From contig OX597834.1 of the NCBI GenBank assembly GCA_951406725.2, positions 22,692,001-22,756,000 of the forward strand: 64,000 bases of DNA, in the 5' to 3' direction. This DNA is from Octopus vulgaris. Taxonomy: Eukaryota. Below, one piece after another: positions 39,481-53,042 of this stretch (positions are counted from its first letter, which is position 1; every line of letters starts with the position of its first letter). Below the pieces are notes generated by a model that was given only the letters and a program-made list of their open reading frames with translations, was not told where the DNA came from and did no database searches. The position numbers and the translations under genes were made by a program.

Positions 39481-42400
39481 CTTTACACAACTATATAAGC
39501 CAGTACACATACACGACTATGCACAGCACCATATGATTTCAAACTACATCTGATAGTGGGGCCCTGGTTCAGGAATTCTAGGGTGTTGAGGAGTGTAGGA
39601 CCACCACTTAGCTGCTGTTGATCCTAGGTCCACTGTGACCTGGAGAAGTAGCACTTGTCAAGGTCTCAGCTATTGGTTAATTAGCATTTTAGGGCTTGCC
39701 TACCTATGCATGTGAAGACTGGATCCGGCTGACTCTCCAGAAGACATTTTCATGATTCAACAGAGGGGAAAGGCAGCTATAGCAATGCACTGTAGAATGC
39801 AGAGAGCAAGATGAGACAAGACATCTTGCTCATCCACTGTGTCTGTCTCCGTCCCCAGTTGTCTTGACCTGGTCTTGCCACTGGATTGAGGATGGTTATG
39901 GTCAAGAGAATGAGGTTTGATGCATGCAACTCTACCTCGTTTTAAACAAAGCCACTGCACAAGTCCATCCTCAAGGATGACTAAATGGTCCGCCTCGTTG
40001 CTCTGATGGAGGAACATGATACTTGTACATGTGTAGTTGTGTGTAACGGTGTATGTGTAGATGTATGTGCACTTGTGTATATGTAAATGTGTATGTAGAA
40101 CTGTTCGTAGAGCAGTCTGTAAGTGTATTACAGTGTATGTATGGCAATAGTTGTACAGTGGAGTGTGTGTATGTGTGTACGTGTGGAACTAAAGATGTTT
40201 GGGCAACAACGATTAACAGTATGAGCGCGTGTATGTGTGTGTGTTTTATACAGTCTCTATACTTGCATATAGTGCTCTGTGTCTAGTAGGTAGTGTAGTG
40301 AAATGTGTGTATTTGCGTAAATAAAGAAGTGTGTGTATGTGCAGGGGCCCCCGAGACGCCATTGTCTACCTACACAGACAAGGACCGTCTGTCACGATGG
40401 CTGCCAAACGCACCCACAGAATAAAATAAAACATCAGTGTTTTGTCCGTGATGCCTATCTAACTTTACAAGATTTTACCATCTTTGGTTACTGCAGGTAA
40501 CCCTCGTACGTACATTAAGTAGCAAACGAAAGACTGGAGCAATCTTGGCAGTAAACGAAACACAGATGAAGGAAGCTGTTCCCCATCCCTGACAGATCAC
40601 CACTAACCCACCCCGACTTGCTAGATATGTCGACATTGACCTCAATACCGCTATGCGTGACTAAACACGGGTGAAACACTTTCCATCAATGATCTCTAGA
40701 GCTGATGTAGGGATAGCTAACACCTAAAATATATATTTATATATTAATTATATTATAGACAAGACATATATAGTATGTAATATTACTGTTACGCGTGTAG
40801 GCAATCCTTCGGTATTAGTAAACGACGTCAGTCAACCACAACGTTCTTCAAGAGACTAGGCTGAAAAAGAGGGTGAATGACGTCCTATTTGTAGATATGT
40901 AATTTAGCGGCAGAGCTTCTATACTTGCGACATTTCTTCTGGCTCTTCATGTCCCGAGTTCAAATCCCGCCGACGTCCACTTTGCGTTTCATCCCTTTGA
41001 GGTCGATAAAATAAAATACCAGACAAGTACCGGGATCGATAGTACCGACTAATCCCCATTCACCCTCAAAATTGCTAGCGTTGTGTCTAAATTACAAGCC
41101 ATCAGAGGTTGGCGGTCGATAGAATCGGTAAAGGTTCGGATAAAATGTCTTGGATATTTATTGAATTGAGAACCTTTACACTCAGGATTCAAACCCTTAC
41201 ATATTGAGGTTTACCCTAAATTCTCTGGGGACCGGTAAAATAAAGTTCCAGTCGATACAATCGATTTTATGTTAGGCACAGACGTGGTTATAAGGTTCAG
41301 AAGCTCGCTTCCCAACTACGTGGTTTCGAGTTCAGTCACACTGTGTGGCCAAGTGCCTTGTACTATAGCCCCAAAACGACCAAAACCTTGTGAGAGAATT
41401 TCGTAGGCAAAAACTCAAAGAAGTCCGTCGGTGGGGGATGGGGCATCGCTTGACAAACGGTGTTGGTTTGTTTTCTCGAGGCTTTAAAAAAACTTAGGTA
41501 CTGAGATCGATTTGTTTGACTAAAAGCCTCCAATGCGGTGCCCCAGCCTGGTCGCAGTTCAGTGACTGAAACAGGTAAAAGATAAAAAGAAACTTGTGTT
41601 TGTATGTGTTTAGTATACCTGAACACTGTACACAATAAGCTCACCATTATCATTAATCATTACTATTATGTATTTTTTCTCCATACAAAATTCCTGGCAC
41701 CGATTGCGGCCGAGGTTACACACCATTTTTATATAAATCTTTCGAATGCTAAATCCTAAACGCAATGATTTCAGAGCTATTTTTAGGTTTCATTAAGGGA
41801 AACAAAAATAATTAAGAAAAAAAGATTTCTTAGCACGCATAGAAAGAAATACAACATAAAAATCGAAGATTATTTTTAATAAATAAATGATACATTGGTA
41901 TTTAATACGGCTTCCACCAAAGTCTGTCTCTGGAAATATTCCGTGAGATAAACCATCGATTATTTTTTTATTTATTCTCCCTATCTCGTTGTGATACCAA
42001 AAGTATTCTTTTAAGAGATGGGGCCATTATAGTAATTAAAGGGGTCAAATAATTCTATATTTATTTCTGACAGCTACTAAATCGCAATTAGAACTATCGA
42101 ATCAATAAAGAAATATATCTTTACAATTACGTGGTGTAAAAAAAATGTGCCATTTTCCCATCCATCCATCTCTTCGAATATGAAGATAATGGAAATAAAA
42201 GCTGTGAAGGGCCAATGCAAAATTACTCCGGCTGCCTCAAATTCCTTCGATTTAATTCCCAATGAACGGGAGGATACATTGGTTAAAATCGTCAGAGACA
42301 TAGTCTGAAGGGATTGTCAAGGCTGGAAGGATGAAGGCAAACCAGGAAAAATTACTATTTACTTCTACAACAAAGCAACGACAAATGCTTGAAGTGTGTG

Positions 42401-42663
42401 TGTATACAAACATACATACATACATACACACACCTCTAGATAGACAGATAGATAGATAGATATATTTCTTTAATACCCACAAGGGGCTAAACACAGAGGG
42501 GACAAACAAGGACAGACAAAGGGATTAAGTCTATTATATCGACCCCAGTGCGTAACTGGTACTTAATTTATCGACCCCGAAAGGATGAAAGGCAAAGTCG
42601 ACCTCAGATAGATAGATAGATAGATAGATGAGTATCTTGTGTGTACAAACAGATGTACAACTG

Positions 42664-42920
42664 CAACTGCTAAGTTTAGGGCTCCACGTAGATTGTCATA
42701 GTCCGGTCTGTTTCCAGGATAATGGTTAGGTTTTGTAGTATTACTACTTATGAAATAGAGAGCAAAAATTGTAGAAATTGCAGTAAGCAAAAGTTTATAT
42801 AATGGTGAAGTGTTTGTCGGAACACTTCACCATTATAGTTGCTTTGAAACATGCATCGGATGTTCCAAGTGCATTTGGATGCTTAACCAGAACGGATCAT
42901 CGGGGATAAACTTTATTGCA
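42664..42920 (+). repeat. 257-bp dispersed repeat (second copy 48345-48601) with internal hairpins
   Basis: Near-identical direct copies 5.7 kb apart. Confidence 0.9.
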
Positions 42921-43007
42921 TTTAATTAATTACAGTGAACTAATATATATATGTGTGTGTGTGAGAGCGCTTTAGTTCTTTCACACACACACACATATAT
43001 ATATATA

Positions 43008-43138
43008 CAGGGTGTCCCAAAAAAATGTATACACACCTTAAATAATTGTAAATTTGTTATTCTTTGTAAGCCTAGTACTTATTCTATCGTTCTCTTTTGC
43101 CGAACCACTATGTGTATACATTTTTTTGGGACATCCTG
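43008..43138. mobile_element. Tc1-like MITE
   Basis: TIRs CAGGGTGTCCCAAAAAAATGTATACACA / TGTGTATACATTTTTTTGGGACATCCTG; TA on both sides. Confidence 0.85.
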
Positions 43139-43605
43139 TATATGTGTGTGTGTGTGTGTGTAGTTCTGGAAGACTGGGTTGTGGTTAGTACAGATCAAAA
43201 TATATAATTTAGAAAATACTGACAGCGAAACATCGATTTCTAGATATAATAAAATAAAAAAAAACAGTAGATGTATTTTATACACGAGTTATTTCGCGGT
43301 TGATTGTTGTTATTGAGACACAGGGTTCCGGGCTTTTGTTTAATGTTACACTAAATATAACCATTATATTTACATACATATAAGTGTATACGCGTGAATT
43401 TAACCCATCCTGGATTGCCTTGATAACATTGTGTTAGCATATAATTTCGGATATAAAAATTTGACTGGTATTTTATACTTTTTTTTTATGTATCTAAATT
43501 ATAGAAAGACAGATAGATTTGGCCGGTCTACTTAGGGGATTATTTATATACTCTACTGCTCTATAACTTAGAGTGGGCTTCTTTTTCGGATTTATCATTT
43601 ACTGA

Positions 43606-43705
<100 letters not shown>

Positions 43706-43868
43706 ATATACACTCGTGCGCGAAACGAAAGAGCTAAGCAGTAAAGTGTATAAATAAAAATTTGTTACCATTTCAAATTTGCTTGAGGTATATTCGAATG
43801 CTAACAAAGCCTTCCGTTTACATGTGAAATCAAAGACATATGTGATATCATCTAACAGTATATATAAC

Positions 43869-43929
<61 letters not shown>

Positions 43930-44065
43930 CAAGATTAATCAGCCGAAATTGCGAAGATGATCCGGTTCTTGACTGAAGACTTCGAATGTCCCGTCCGTGT
44001 TTTTTGTATCGTCTTCTAAATGTTTTACGTTCTTGTCCCAGTTTGTATTTTTCTACATATAACAC

Positions 44066-44121
<56 letters not shown>

Positions 44122-44569
44122 GTTTTATCTGTAATCAAAACAGATAAAAGCGTTATCCGACAGTACATATAATCGTTTTCGTATATGTGTGTGCATGTGA
44201 AGTCATTTCATGGAAATTAATGATTCTACGATTTACCATTTTATTAATTTTTTTCGGAAGGGAGGGGGGTTAACATTTGATTTTGAAAATCTGAATTGCT
44301 TCTATTTAGTTTTACTCCATCCATCACAATATAAAAACCAACTTCCCAACCTCCATACATCACAATAAAAAAATTAAAAAAAGAGAGAGAATTAAATGTA
44401 TTTTGTCGTGTATATTTTACCTGAATATCATTGTGGGTTAATTTCGAAGATCTGACACGATATTTGTCCCAAGAGCGGTTGGTAAATCTTAGCAGCAACA
44501 GAGGATCCATCCTTTCCCCTTGGACACATTATTGCTTCTGCAGGTAAGCATGGGAACAACAACAACAAC

Positions 44570-44592
44570 AAACTTCCACGTGACTTCCGTTA
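44570..44592. promoter_or_regulatory. Candidate promoter element: E-box flanked by two ETS-like cores
   Basis: AACTTCCACGTGACTTCCG (minus strand CGGAAGTCACGTGGAAG) in CpG-retaining unique sequence. A minus-strand donor CAG|gtaaaa lies at 44421 and a plus-strand CAG|gtaagc at 44543. Confidence 0.35.
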
Positions 44593-44922
44593 TTGAGAAG
44601 CTTTAATAAATTTAAATATCTTCACGCTATATCATCTCCTCTTTCACACAACAATTCTTTCCTTTATAATATAAATATTAATTTTCCACATTTTTTCACA
44701 GTCTATTAACATCAGCAAAATAACGTAGCTTTAAAAATTAACTTAATCTCTTCTCGTTTTTCGTTCGTCAAATTATTCTGTGTTCTCGGCTTTTGGTTAT
44801 TATAGCTGTAGTTCTTCTGACAATGCTGCTTTCTGCCGTCTCTCTTACCCTTTTACGACGCGTTGTAATGCACCATAAGTTTGTTGTGAGTGTGTGTGTG
44901 TCTAGACATATATACATATATA

Positions 44923-45317
44923 CTAGCAGTATCGCCCGGCGTTGCTCGGATTTGTAAGGGAAATAACTATATAAGCATTTTCAGAGAGTTATAGCCAAAA
45001 AATGCATTAAGAATGGAAAAAAAATTATGGTAAATTTTTTTTTTAAATCGTTGACTCATCGTAGACATTTTTAGAGAGTTACTTCCCTTATATAATAGCG
45101 AAAAATGCATTAAAATGGAAAAAAATGATGGTAATTTTTTTTTTAAATCGTAGACTCATCGTAGACTCATCGTAGACGCGCGCTAATACCCAGAAGGGCT
45201 CGATATGAATCACGACTATAAGATACCCGGTTTTGGTTAAACTGCACCGCAAAATGTGGGAGTAGTTAGGAATCTAAATCGTAGGAGACAGACACACAAC
45301 TTGACTTTTATATATAA

Positions 45318-45320
<3 letters not shown>
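44923..45320 (-). mobile_element. Non-autonomous Helitron H1
   Basis: Reverse-complement copy with the same TC...CTAG termini. Confidence 0.85.
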
Positions 45321-45381
<61 letters not shown>

Positions 45382-45441
45382 TTGTGTGTATATGTATTAT
45401 AGTTCCATTCGTATATCAAAGGCCTTATAGAGGAATTATGG

Positions 45442-45862
45442 GGATCTTTTCGGTTTGAACGGCAGTTTTTAACATAATTTCTTGGTAACTAAAAAATTTT
45501 AAACTTCGTATACTGGTAGAATGTGTTTATAAAACATCTTTTCTCTTGGCTTTATTGAGAAAATTCTATAGTTTGTAAGATATTTGTTGTTGCTTTTTTT
45601 TTCAATTCCTGCAATTTCAACCAATCACTGATGTCTATTGAGGTAAAAAAAAACATCCTGTGCTGTATGAATATGTCCCTCGTTTAAGAAACAGATTGGG
45701 TTTATTTACATTTGGGAAGAAAAAAAGATACCCTTCCCTCCACCCCTAACCCTAACCCTAAAACAGATTGAAATGCAGTAGATCGATACTAGGGTCATAA
45801 TTATGGGTGACAATTTCATATGACACCGCTAGAAAAAACTGCCGTTCAAACCGAAAAGATCC
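45442..45862. mobile_element. TIR element (Merlin-like?) with internal (CCCTAA)3
   Basis: TIR GGATCTTTTCGGTTTGAACGGCAGTTTTT / AAAAACTGCCGTTCAAACCGAAAAGATCC; flanks AATTATGG / AAATATGG. Confidence 0.8.
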
Positions 45863-47165
45863 AAATATGGTTATTATCGCCTTTTGTGTACGCACCTTCT
45901 ATCCACGTTACTAGTAGACGACGCTAATCACTGATAAGTTTCCCTTATGACAGATAAAGAGGTTAGGCTACACAGAGCGTGAATGGTGTCGTCTACTAAT
46001 ACCAAAGGATTGACTGGTTTGACTGCCCTGTTATCGTGTCTTAATAGAAGGTGTCTGCTGTTGTTTTAGTTCTGCATAGTCTGTCTTCAGTCACTGTTTT
46101 ATTCGAAGGTTATATGCAGTGGCCTTAGTCAATGTTAAGGTTACATGCGGTGAGGCGAGCTGCCAATGATGACAAGAACTTCGTGGTTAGTGACCCAGTC
46201 TCTCCAAACATCTCAAACGCCACAGGTTAGAAAAGATAGTTCACTGCCAGGTCCCGATTCTTTAGGGTTTTGTTCCAGTCGGCTACAGTAGCAGTGACAG
46301 TCCCATTTACCGCAGCATCCGGGATGAGGGAGGGAGCAAAAGAATCACTGACTGTGACACCCCAGATGAAGCACCTATTTCTAACCCAGGGACATAGAGT
46401 AAGACCTTCTGGTCTCTTTCCATCACTTCTACGCCATTAAGCGTGGAGTTGTAATAAAAGAAGCGGTTTAATGAAAATAAAAAAAGCAGGAGTGGCTGTG
46501 TGGTAAGTAGCTTGTTTACCAACCACATGGTTCCGGGTTCAGTCCCACTGTGTGGCACCTCGGGCAAGTGTCTTCTACTATAGCCTTGGGCAGACCAAAG
46601 CCTTGTAGGTGGATTTGGTAGACGGAAACTGAAAGAAGCCCGTCGTATATATGTATATATATATATGTGTGCGTGTATGTTTGTGTGTCTGTGTTTGTCC
46701 CCTTGTCCCCCTAGCATTGCTTGACAACCGATGCTGGTGTGTTTATATCCCCCGTCACTTAGCAGTTCGGCAAAAGAGACCGATAGAATAAGTACTAGGC
46801 TTACAAAGAATAAGTCCCAGGGTCAAGTTGCTCGATTAAAGGCGGTGCTCCAGCATGGCCGCAGTCAAATGACTGAAACAAGTAAAAGAGTAAAAGAGAG
46901 AGTAAAGAGTTATATTAATACGAAATATTATTGGAAAATATATTCTAAGTACTGTATTAATGTGTATGTCATACTATTTTCTACTTGTGTTTAACTGGAA
47001 AAACTATCAACAGGAAAAAAATTTGTACTAAGAAATTGTATGCTAAGTAGCTTGCTTCCCAACAGCATGGCTCCAGGTTCAGTTCTACTTTGTAACACCT
47101 GCTATCGACTCGGGGCCAACCAAAGCTTTGTGAAGGGATTTTGTAGATGGAAATTGAAAGATTCA

Positions 47166-47210
<45 letters not shown>

Positions 47211-47212
<2 letters not shown>

Positions 47213-47520
47213 CGCAATGGCCCAGTGGTTAGGGCAGTGGACTCGCGATCGTAGGATCGTGGTTTCGTAGGATCACGTTGTGCGTGTTTATTGAGCGAAA
47301 ACACCTAAAGCTCCACGAGGCTCCGGCAGGGGGTGGTGTCGATCCCTGCTGTACTCTTTCGCCACAACTTTCTCTCACTCTTTCTTCTCTTGGCCTGCTC
47401 GCTTAGCCAGCGGGCTGGCATCATTTGAAGGCTAAAACAATGCGAAGCGCATTGTGACCAGCGATGTGTAACAACATCTGATAGCCTGGTCAGTCACATG
47501 ATGATGATGATGATGATGAT
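47211..47520 (+). mobile_element. SINE family D variant with a different 3' half and (GAT)n tail
   Basis: Head and body match 33803 up to ...CCACAACTTTCTCTCACTCTT, then diverge. Confidence 0.75.
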
Positions 47521-47579
47521 ATATATATAGGCATAGGAGTGGCTGTATGGTAAGTTGCTTGCTTACGAACCACATGGTT

Positions 47580-47966
47580 CCTGAATAGGGTTGGTCTTCA
47601 AGTAACAATTGACTATTCCTAAAGCATGAAAACCACTCCTAAACTTGTGTTTTGCTCATGACAGCATCCTTGTCAGCTGTTTGAAGCATGATAACTGTTT
47701 CAGCCACAGTGTTTTTCCCCAGCAAAAAATAGAATTTCATGGAAGCATGCTGTTCCTTCATTTCAGCCTTCACAAAGATCAATAAACAGGAGAGAAACAC
47801 TGCAAAACAAAGACACACCATGCGACAGTACAACACCACCAGATGACGCCAGTTGGCAGTCTGATGCCTGAGGGTCGCATCAAGTGGCTTCTAGCAGCAG
47901 AAGCCTGAACAACAATGGGCTTGTACTACAGAGAATGTCTCCAGTTACTTTTGGGTACCCCCTCAT
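47580..47966 (-). mobile_element. mariner relic (TIR plus N-terminus)
   Basis: MKEQHASMKFYFLLGKNTVAETVIMLQTADKDAVMSKTQV*EWFSCF; terminal TATGAGGGGGTACCCAAAAGT. Confidence 0.7.
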
Positions 47967-49312
47967 ATTTGCTCGACCAATAGTTATTTGAAAGATAAGA
48001 AACTGCCAAATCTTGGAGAAGATTTTTCCTTGATTTGCTTGTCAAATGCTGAGATGTGTCCTGCTTGAATGCCACCAGAGCTCAGCAATTGCCTTGGCCT
48101 GCTTGGCAAAAGGTGTGATGTCTATTCTCTATGGTGATCTCAAACCACTGCAAAGATGTTTAAGTACTAAACTGCTTAACTTGTGAAAAGGGTGCAAATT
48201 TCAAGTATATCTAGGGATGATGGAACTATCTTGAGATAATGGGACATCTTGGGACCATCTTGGGATGATAGCCTGACTGGTGGTATGATTTCCTGAAAAC
48301 TGATTGGTCAACAAGCAGAATGCACATGTGACACATGCATGCCTCAATTGCTAAGTTTAGGGTTCCACGTAGATTGTCATAGTCTGGTCTGTTTCCAGGA
48401 TAATGGTTAGGTTTTGTAGTATTACTACTTATGAAATAGAGAGCAAAAATTGTAGAAATTGCGGTAAGCAAAAGTTTATATAATGGTGAAATGTTCGTAG
48501 GAACACTTCACCATTATAGTTGCTTTGAAACATGCATTGGATGTTCCAAGTGCATTTGGATGCTTAACCAGAACGGATCATCGGGGATAAACTTTATTGC
48601 AGGGGATAAACTCATGATAGAGAACTGGTAATTTAATAAGAGGAGTTCAAATCCCTAGAGCTCACTACATATGTATGCTCCTGTTAAGTTTACAACCTGA
48701 TTTCCAATACACTTCAATAATTGAAAGACATTTTTTCCACTCCTCGACACATTTATTACATTCTGACTAACCTAATTACCAACAATAATAAAGTATTTTT
48801 AGACAAGATTGTTAGCTAACTTCATGAGCTGCTTGTTAAGCTTGATTTACTGAAAATTAGATAATGGGGTTTGAAATACACCAAATTATAATGATACAGG
48901 TGGACTGGAATGTGTAATTAATCACTGTAAGCAGCAGTCGATTGGTTGTTTCTGGAGTAACCCTAATCACCTCAGGGAACAGTTACAGCAATAAACCAGT
49001 GTGCTGCTCCAACAACATTCATCTCGCCCCCACTAAACCTATATTTTCTAAACTGGGTTACATGAAAAAAAATGTTGGGCTTTCTACAAAATAAGGTGTC
49101 TTTTAATAGGATTTTATGACAGTTTGTTGTCTGAAAGAATAGTTTAGTATTCATGATTTTTAAAGTTATTTGATATTGGTTACTTTATATATATATATAT
49201 ATGTATATATATATAATATTAATTAGATATATATATATATATTCATATATATATACATATATATACATATATATATATATACACATATATATATACATAT
49301 ACATATATACAC

Positions 49313-49372
<60 letters not shown>

Positions 49373-49467
49373 CAACAATTGAGGGTAAAATTAATTAATT
49401 ATTAATCAATTTCACCAAGTGTTCAGTATGTAAAGGGACCATTTAAGGCGAATTCAAATTATTACAT

Positions 49468-49820
49468 TATATAAAAGGGCTTAGTAAAATAAATTACTTT
49501 GCCACATACTGAACTCATTAGAAATAGTAGCTAAAAAAACTTTTTTAAAACTATTTCTAATACTTAAAGAAAATCTCTCTCATATAGTGTTTGCTCAATT
49601 CAACTCACGAAAGTATGGGGGTAAAGACATTAAAAAATCAAATGCAAACCTTTGCATTTGATTTTTTAATGTCTTTACCCCCATACTTTCGTGAGTTGAA
49701 TTGAGCAAACACTATATGAGAGAGATTTTCTTTAAGTATTAGAAATAGTTTTAAAAAGTTTTTTTAGTTACTATTTCTAATGAGTTCAGTATGTGGCAAA
49801 GTAATTTATTTTACTAAGCC

Positions 49821-49830
<10 letters not shown>
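49468..49830. repeat. Long near-perfect palindrome (arms about 180 bp, 2-nt spacer at 49649-49650)
   Basis: ...AATCAAATGCAAA CC TTTGCATTTGATT... with arms complementary out to TATATAAAAGGG / CCCTTTTATATA. Confidence 0.9.
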
Positions 49831-49874
<44 letters not shown>

Positions 49875-49979
49875 TATATATATATATGTATCAAATGAAA
49901 TAAAAACAGAACACAAAGGATGTTGTGACATCCTTTGTATTCTGTTTTTTATTTCATTTGATACATATATATATATATG

Positions 49980-50139
<160 letters not shown>

Positions 50140-50565
50140 ATCAAATGAAATAAAAAACAGAATACAAAGGATGTCACAACATCCTTTGTGTTCTGTTTTT
50201 GATTTCATTTGATACATATATCCTCTCACCTCTGCTACTAGCTGGCATATACAGGTGCTTATACTTATCAAGTATTCACCCTGATTTTATTGTACCTACC
50301 TCATATATATATATATATAGTAAAAATAACAATAATCTTTGGGTGGAATTTATAAATATTTTTTATGCATCACTATGTGCATTTCCACAAATTAATTGCA
50401 ATTTGTGGAAATGCATATAGCAATCCATTAAAATGTTTATAAATTCTATCCAAGGATTATTTTGTCATTATTACTATATATCCTACATTATATCAGTACT
50501 GCTTGATGCGACCCCAAAAAACTGGTTCACCAGTCAGCATTGTTAGACTGTGGCTAAGATATATG

Positions 50566-50613
<48 letters not shown>

Positions 50614-50616
<3 letters not shown>

Positions 50617-51215
50617 GATGCATAAGACATACCTTTTTTGGGGTCATTGCTGCATTTTTTGCTAACTCTGTATAATCTTTTTTTCAGAAAATAATAATGG
50701 CAGACCCTCATCTTACTCAAGAAATGAAGAGGCATGCTGTTATTATGGTTATAAAGGCTGAACATAGTGATTTAGAAATATCTCAATTTTTAAAAGTTGC
50801 CAGATATTTTGTCTACAAAGTTTGTAAGGAGCTAGAGACTGAAGATGGAAATGTATCACCAGTATCAAAGCATAAAAAGCATTCTAAATGCTCTGAAATC
50901 ATCAGAACACCTGAATTTATGCAGCAAGTTCAACAGACCATTGATTACAATCCCAGAAAGTCCATGAGGTCAACTGCAAAAGATCTCCATGTGTCAGAAG
51001 GAACAGTCAGAAATGTTGCCCACTAAGACATCAGATATGAGTCCTATATGATGAGGAAAGGTCAATTTGTCAGAAAAACAAAAGAAAATCACTACATCAG
51101 ATCTAAAAGGCTCTTAAACAAATTGAGAAATCCAGTAGAAGAAGATTTGATTTGGTATTTCTCAAATCAGAAAAACTTCCACCAAGATCAAAAAGTTAAC
51201 AGAAGATTGATCAGG
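50614..51215 (+). mobile_element. maT/Tc1-type transposase relic, 5' part
   Basis: TA|CAGGATGC start; HTH region NPRKSMRSTAKDLHVSEGTVR; WYFSNQKNFHQDQKVNRR (degenerate FSDEKNF). Confidence 0.75.
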
Positions 51216-52189
51216 CCCAGACACATGCACAGCCAATCTGTTTGACCCTTTAGCATTCAGACTACACCCTCAGACACAATGCTTATTTATTCACATTGTT
51301 TTGAATTAATCAGGAATTATCTCGTGGCTTTGAGATTTTGATGATGTGATTGCTTATTTTAAGAATGACATTGTTGGGTAGGTGTGAGAGGCTGGATCTG
51401 GTCAATTTGAACATAAAAACATAAAACAGGTAGAATATTTGGATCGGATATGGCCAATGTAAATAGTAAAGGGTTAAATAAAAAGCAAATCCTGTAGTTT
51501 CAGAGAAGTGGAGCAATATTGATAATTTTTCATTTTAGAAAATCTTTTCACAATTATACACACACATATACATATGCATGTTTGTATCTCTCTCTTTTAC
51601 TTGTTTCAGTCAGTTGACTGCGGCCATGCTGGAGCACCGCCTTTAGTCAAGCAAATCGACCCCAGGACTTATTCTTTGTAAGCCTAGTACTTATTCTATC
51701 AGTCTCTTTTGCCGAACCGCTAAGTTACGGGGACATAAACATACTAGCATCGGTTGTCAAGCAATGCTAGGGGGACAAACACAGAGAAACATAAACACAC
51801 ACACATATATATATATATACATATACACGACAGGCTTCTTTCAGTTTCCGTCTACCAAATCCACTCACAAGGCTTTGGTCGGCCTGAGGCTATAGTAGAA
51901 GACACTTGCCCAAAGTGCCACGCAGTGGGACTGAACCCGGAACCATGTGGTTTGTAAGCAAGCAACTTACCACACAGCCACTCCTGCACCTGTATGTGTA
52001 TATATATATATATATATATCATCATCATCAGCATAATTTAACGTCTTTTTTCCATGCTGGCATGGGTTGGACAGTTTGGCTGTTCATGCTACACACCTTC
52101 CTTCCAAGCACTGCTGTAAACAGAAGAAGGTAAGCTAGAATGTTAAAACTTAGTGCGCATGCACAGCAGAGTTCAAGGTCAATGTGTGC

Positions 52190-52560
52190 CAAGTGGCATC
52201 AGACTGTGTGCTTTAGCTTCATTACTATGGCAAGAGTCCGGATACTTATTGATCATAAAACGAACGAGACAGATGAGTGACAACCTAGCCACTGGTGATG
52301 GTGTAACACACCATACTAATCATATCTGCCGGGCATGTGGAAGAGAGTGTAATTCAGCTGGAGGACTTAAACGACATGCAAAGGTACATGAAGCCCAGTT
52401 ACAACTACAGCCGGCTATTAACAGTAAAGGTTTTAGTTGCCAATTTTGTACAAGACATTGTAGATCTTTGGCTGGGCTAAAAAGTCACATTCGATCACAG
52501 CACCAGTAACAGTTAAGCTTCGTGCAATGGCCATACTCGATAACGAGGGGGCAGCCATAA
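52190..52560 (+). mobile_element. Probable LINE (RTE-like) 3' end encoding two C2H2-type zinc fingers
   Basis: CRACGRECNSAGGLKRHAKVH and CQFCTRHCRSLAGLKSHIRSQH*, then a short UTR with hairpin CTCGATAACGAG and a TA-repeat tail; no TGEKP linker. Confidence 0.55.
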
Positions 52561-52677
52561 TATATATATATATATATATATATATAAAGCAGGTAGTAAT
52601 TTTACCTTGTGCTTATTCTTAGTGCAAGGTTTGAAGAGTGCAGTTCAATTTTAACAGTTATTTTTTTCAAAGCTATA

Positions 52678-53042
52678 ATGGAAGTGACAAAGGAGCATAT
52701 TCAGCATATTTTGCTTTATGAGTTTAATAAAGGCAACAACACAATGGAAAGTGAGGAATATTAATGCAGTCTATGGGGATCAGATAATAAGTATAAGCCC
52801 CTGTCAACAGTGGTTCCAGAAATTCCGAGCTGGAAACTACAGCCTAGAAGATAACCCTCATCCTGGAAGATCTGTAGAGCTCTATGAGGACATCTTGCAA
52901 ACCCTGGAGGAAAAAAATCCCATCTCAACTGTTGAGGAACTAGCAGAGAAGCTTGGATTTGGTCATTCAACTATTCATCGACACCTGCATGCCATTGGAA
53001 AAGTCAGCAAATTGGATTGATGGGTTCCTCACAAACTTCCTG
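52678..53042 (+). mobile_element. mariner transposase relic, N-terminal HTH
   Basis: MEVTKEHIQHILLYEF (frameshift) INAVYG...QQWFQKFRAGNYSLED...GR...GKVSKLD*WVPHKL (WVPHEL motif). Confidence 0.85.

Noticed and set aside
40595-40615. Telomerase RNA template (CTAACCC)
   Set aside because: Only 7 nt match, short of the roughly 1.5 repeats expected; no pseudoknot or H/ACA domain recognised.
43930-44065. Hammerhead motif (GAAAT...CTGAAGA...GAAT)
   Set aside because: No helix I hairpin in the type II order, and GAAT rather than GAAA in the type I order; treated as an unclassified TA-flanked repeat.
44244-44510. 88-aa ORF MDPLLLLRF... as a stand-alone gene
   Set aside because: No recognisable family and it runs into AT-rich intron-like sequence after 44421; kept only as a possible first exon.
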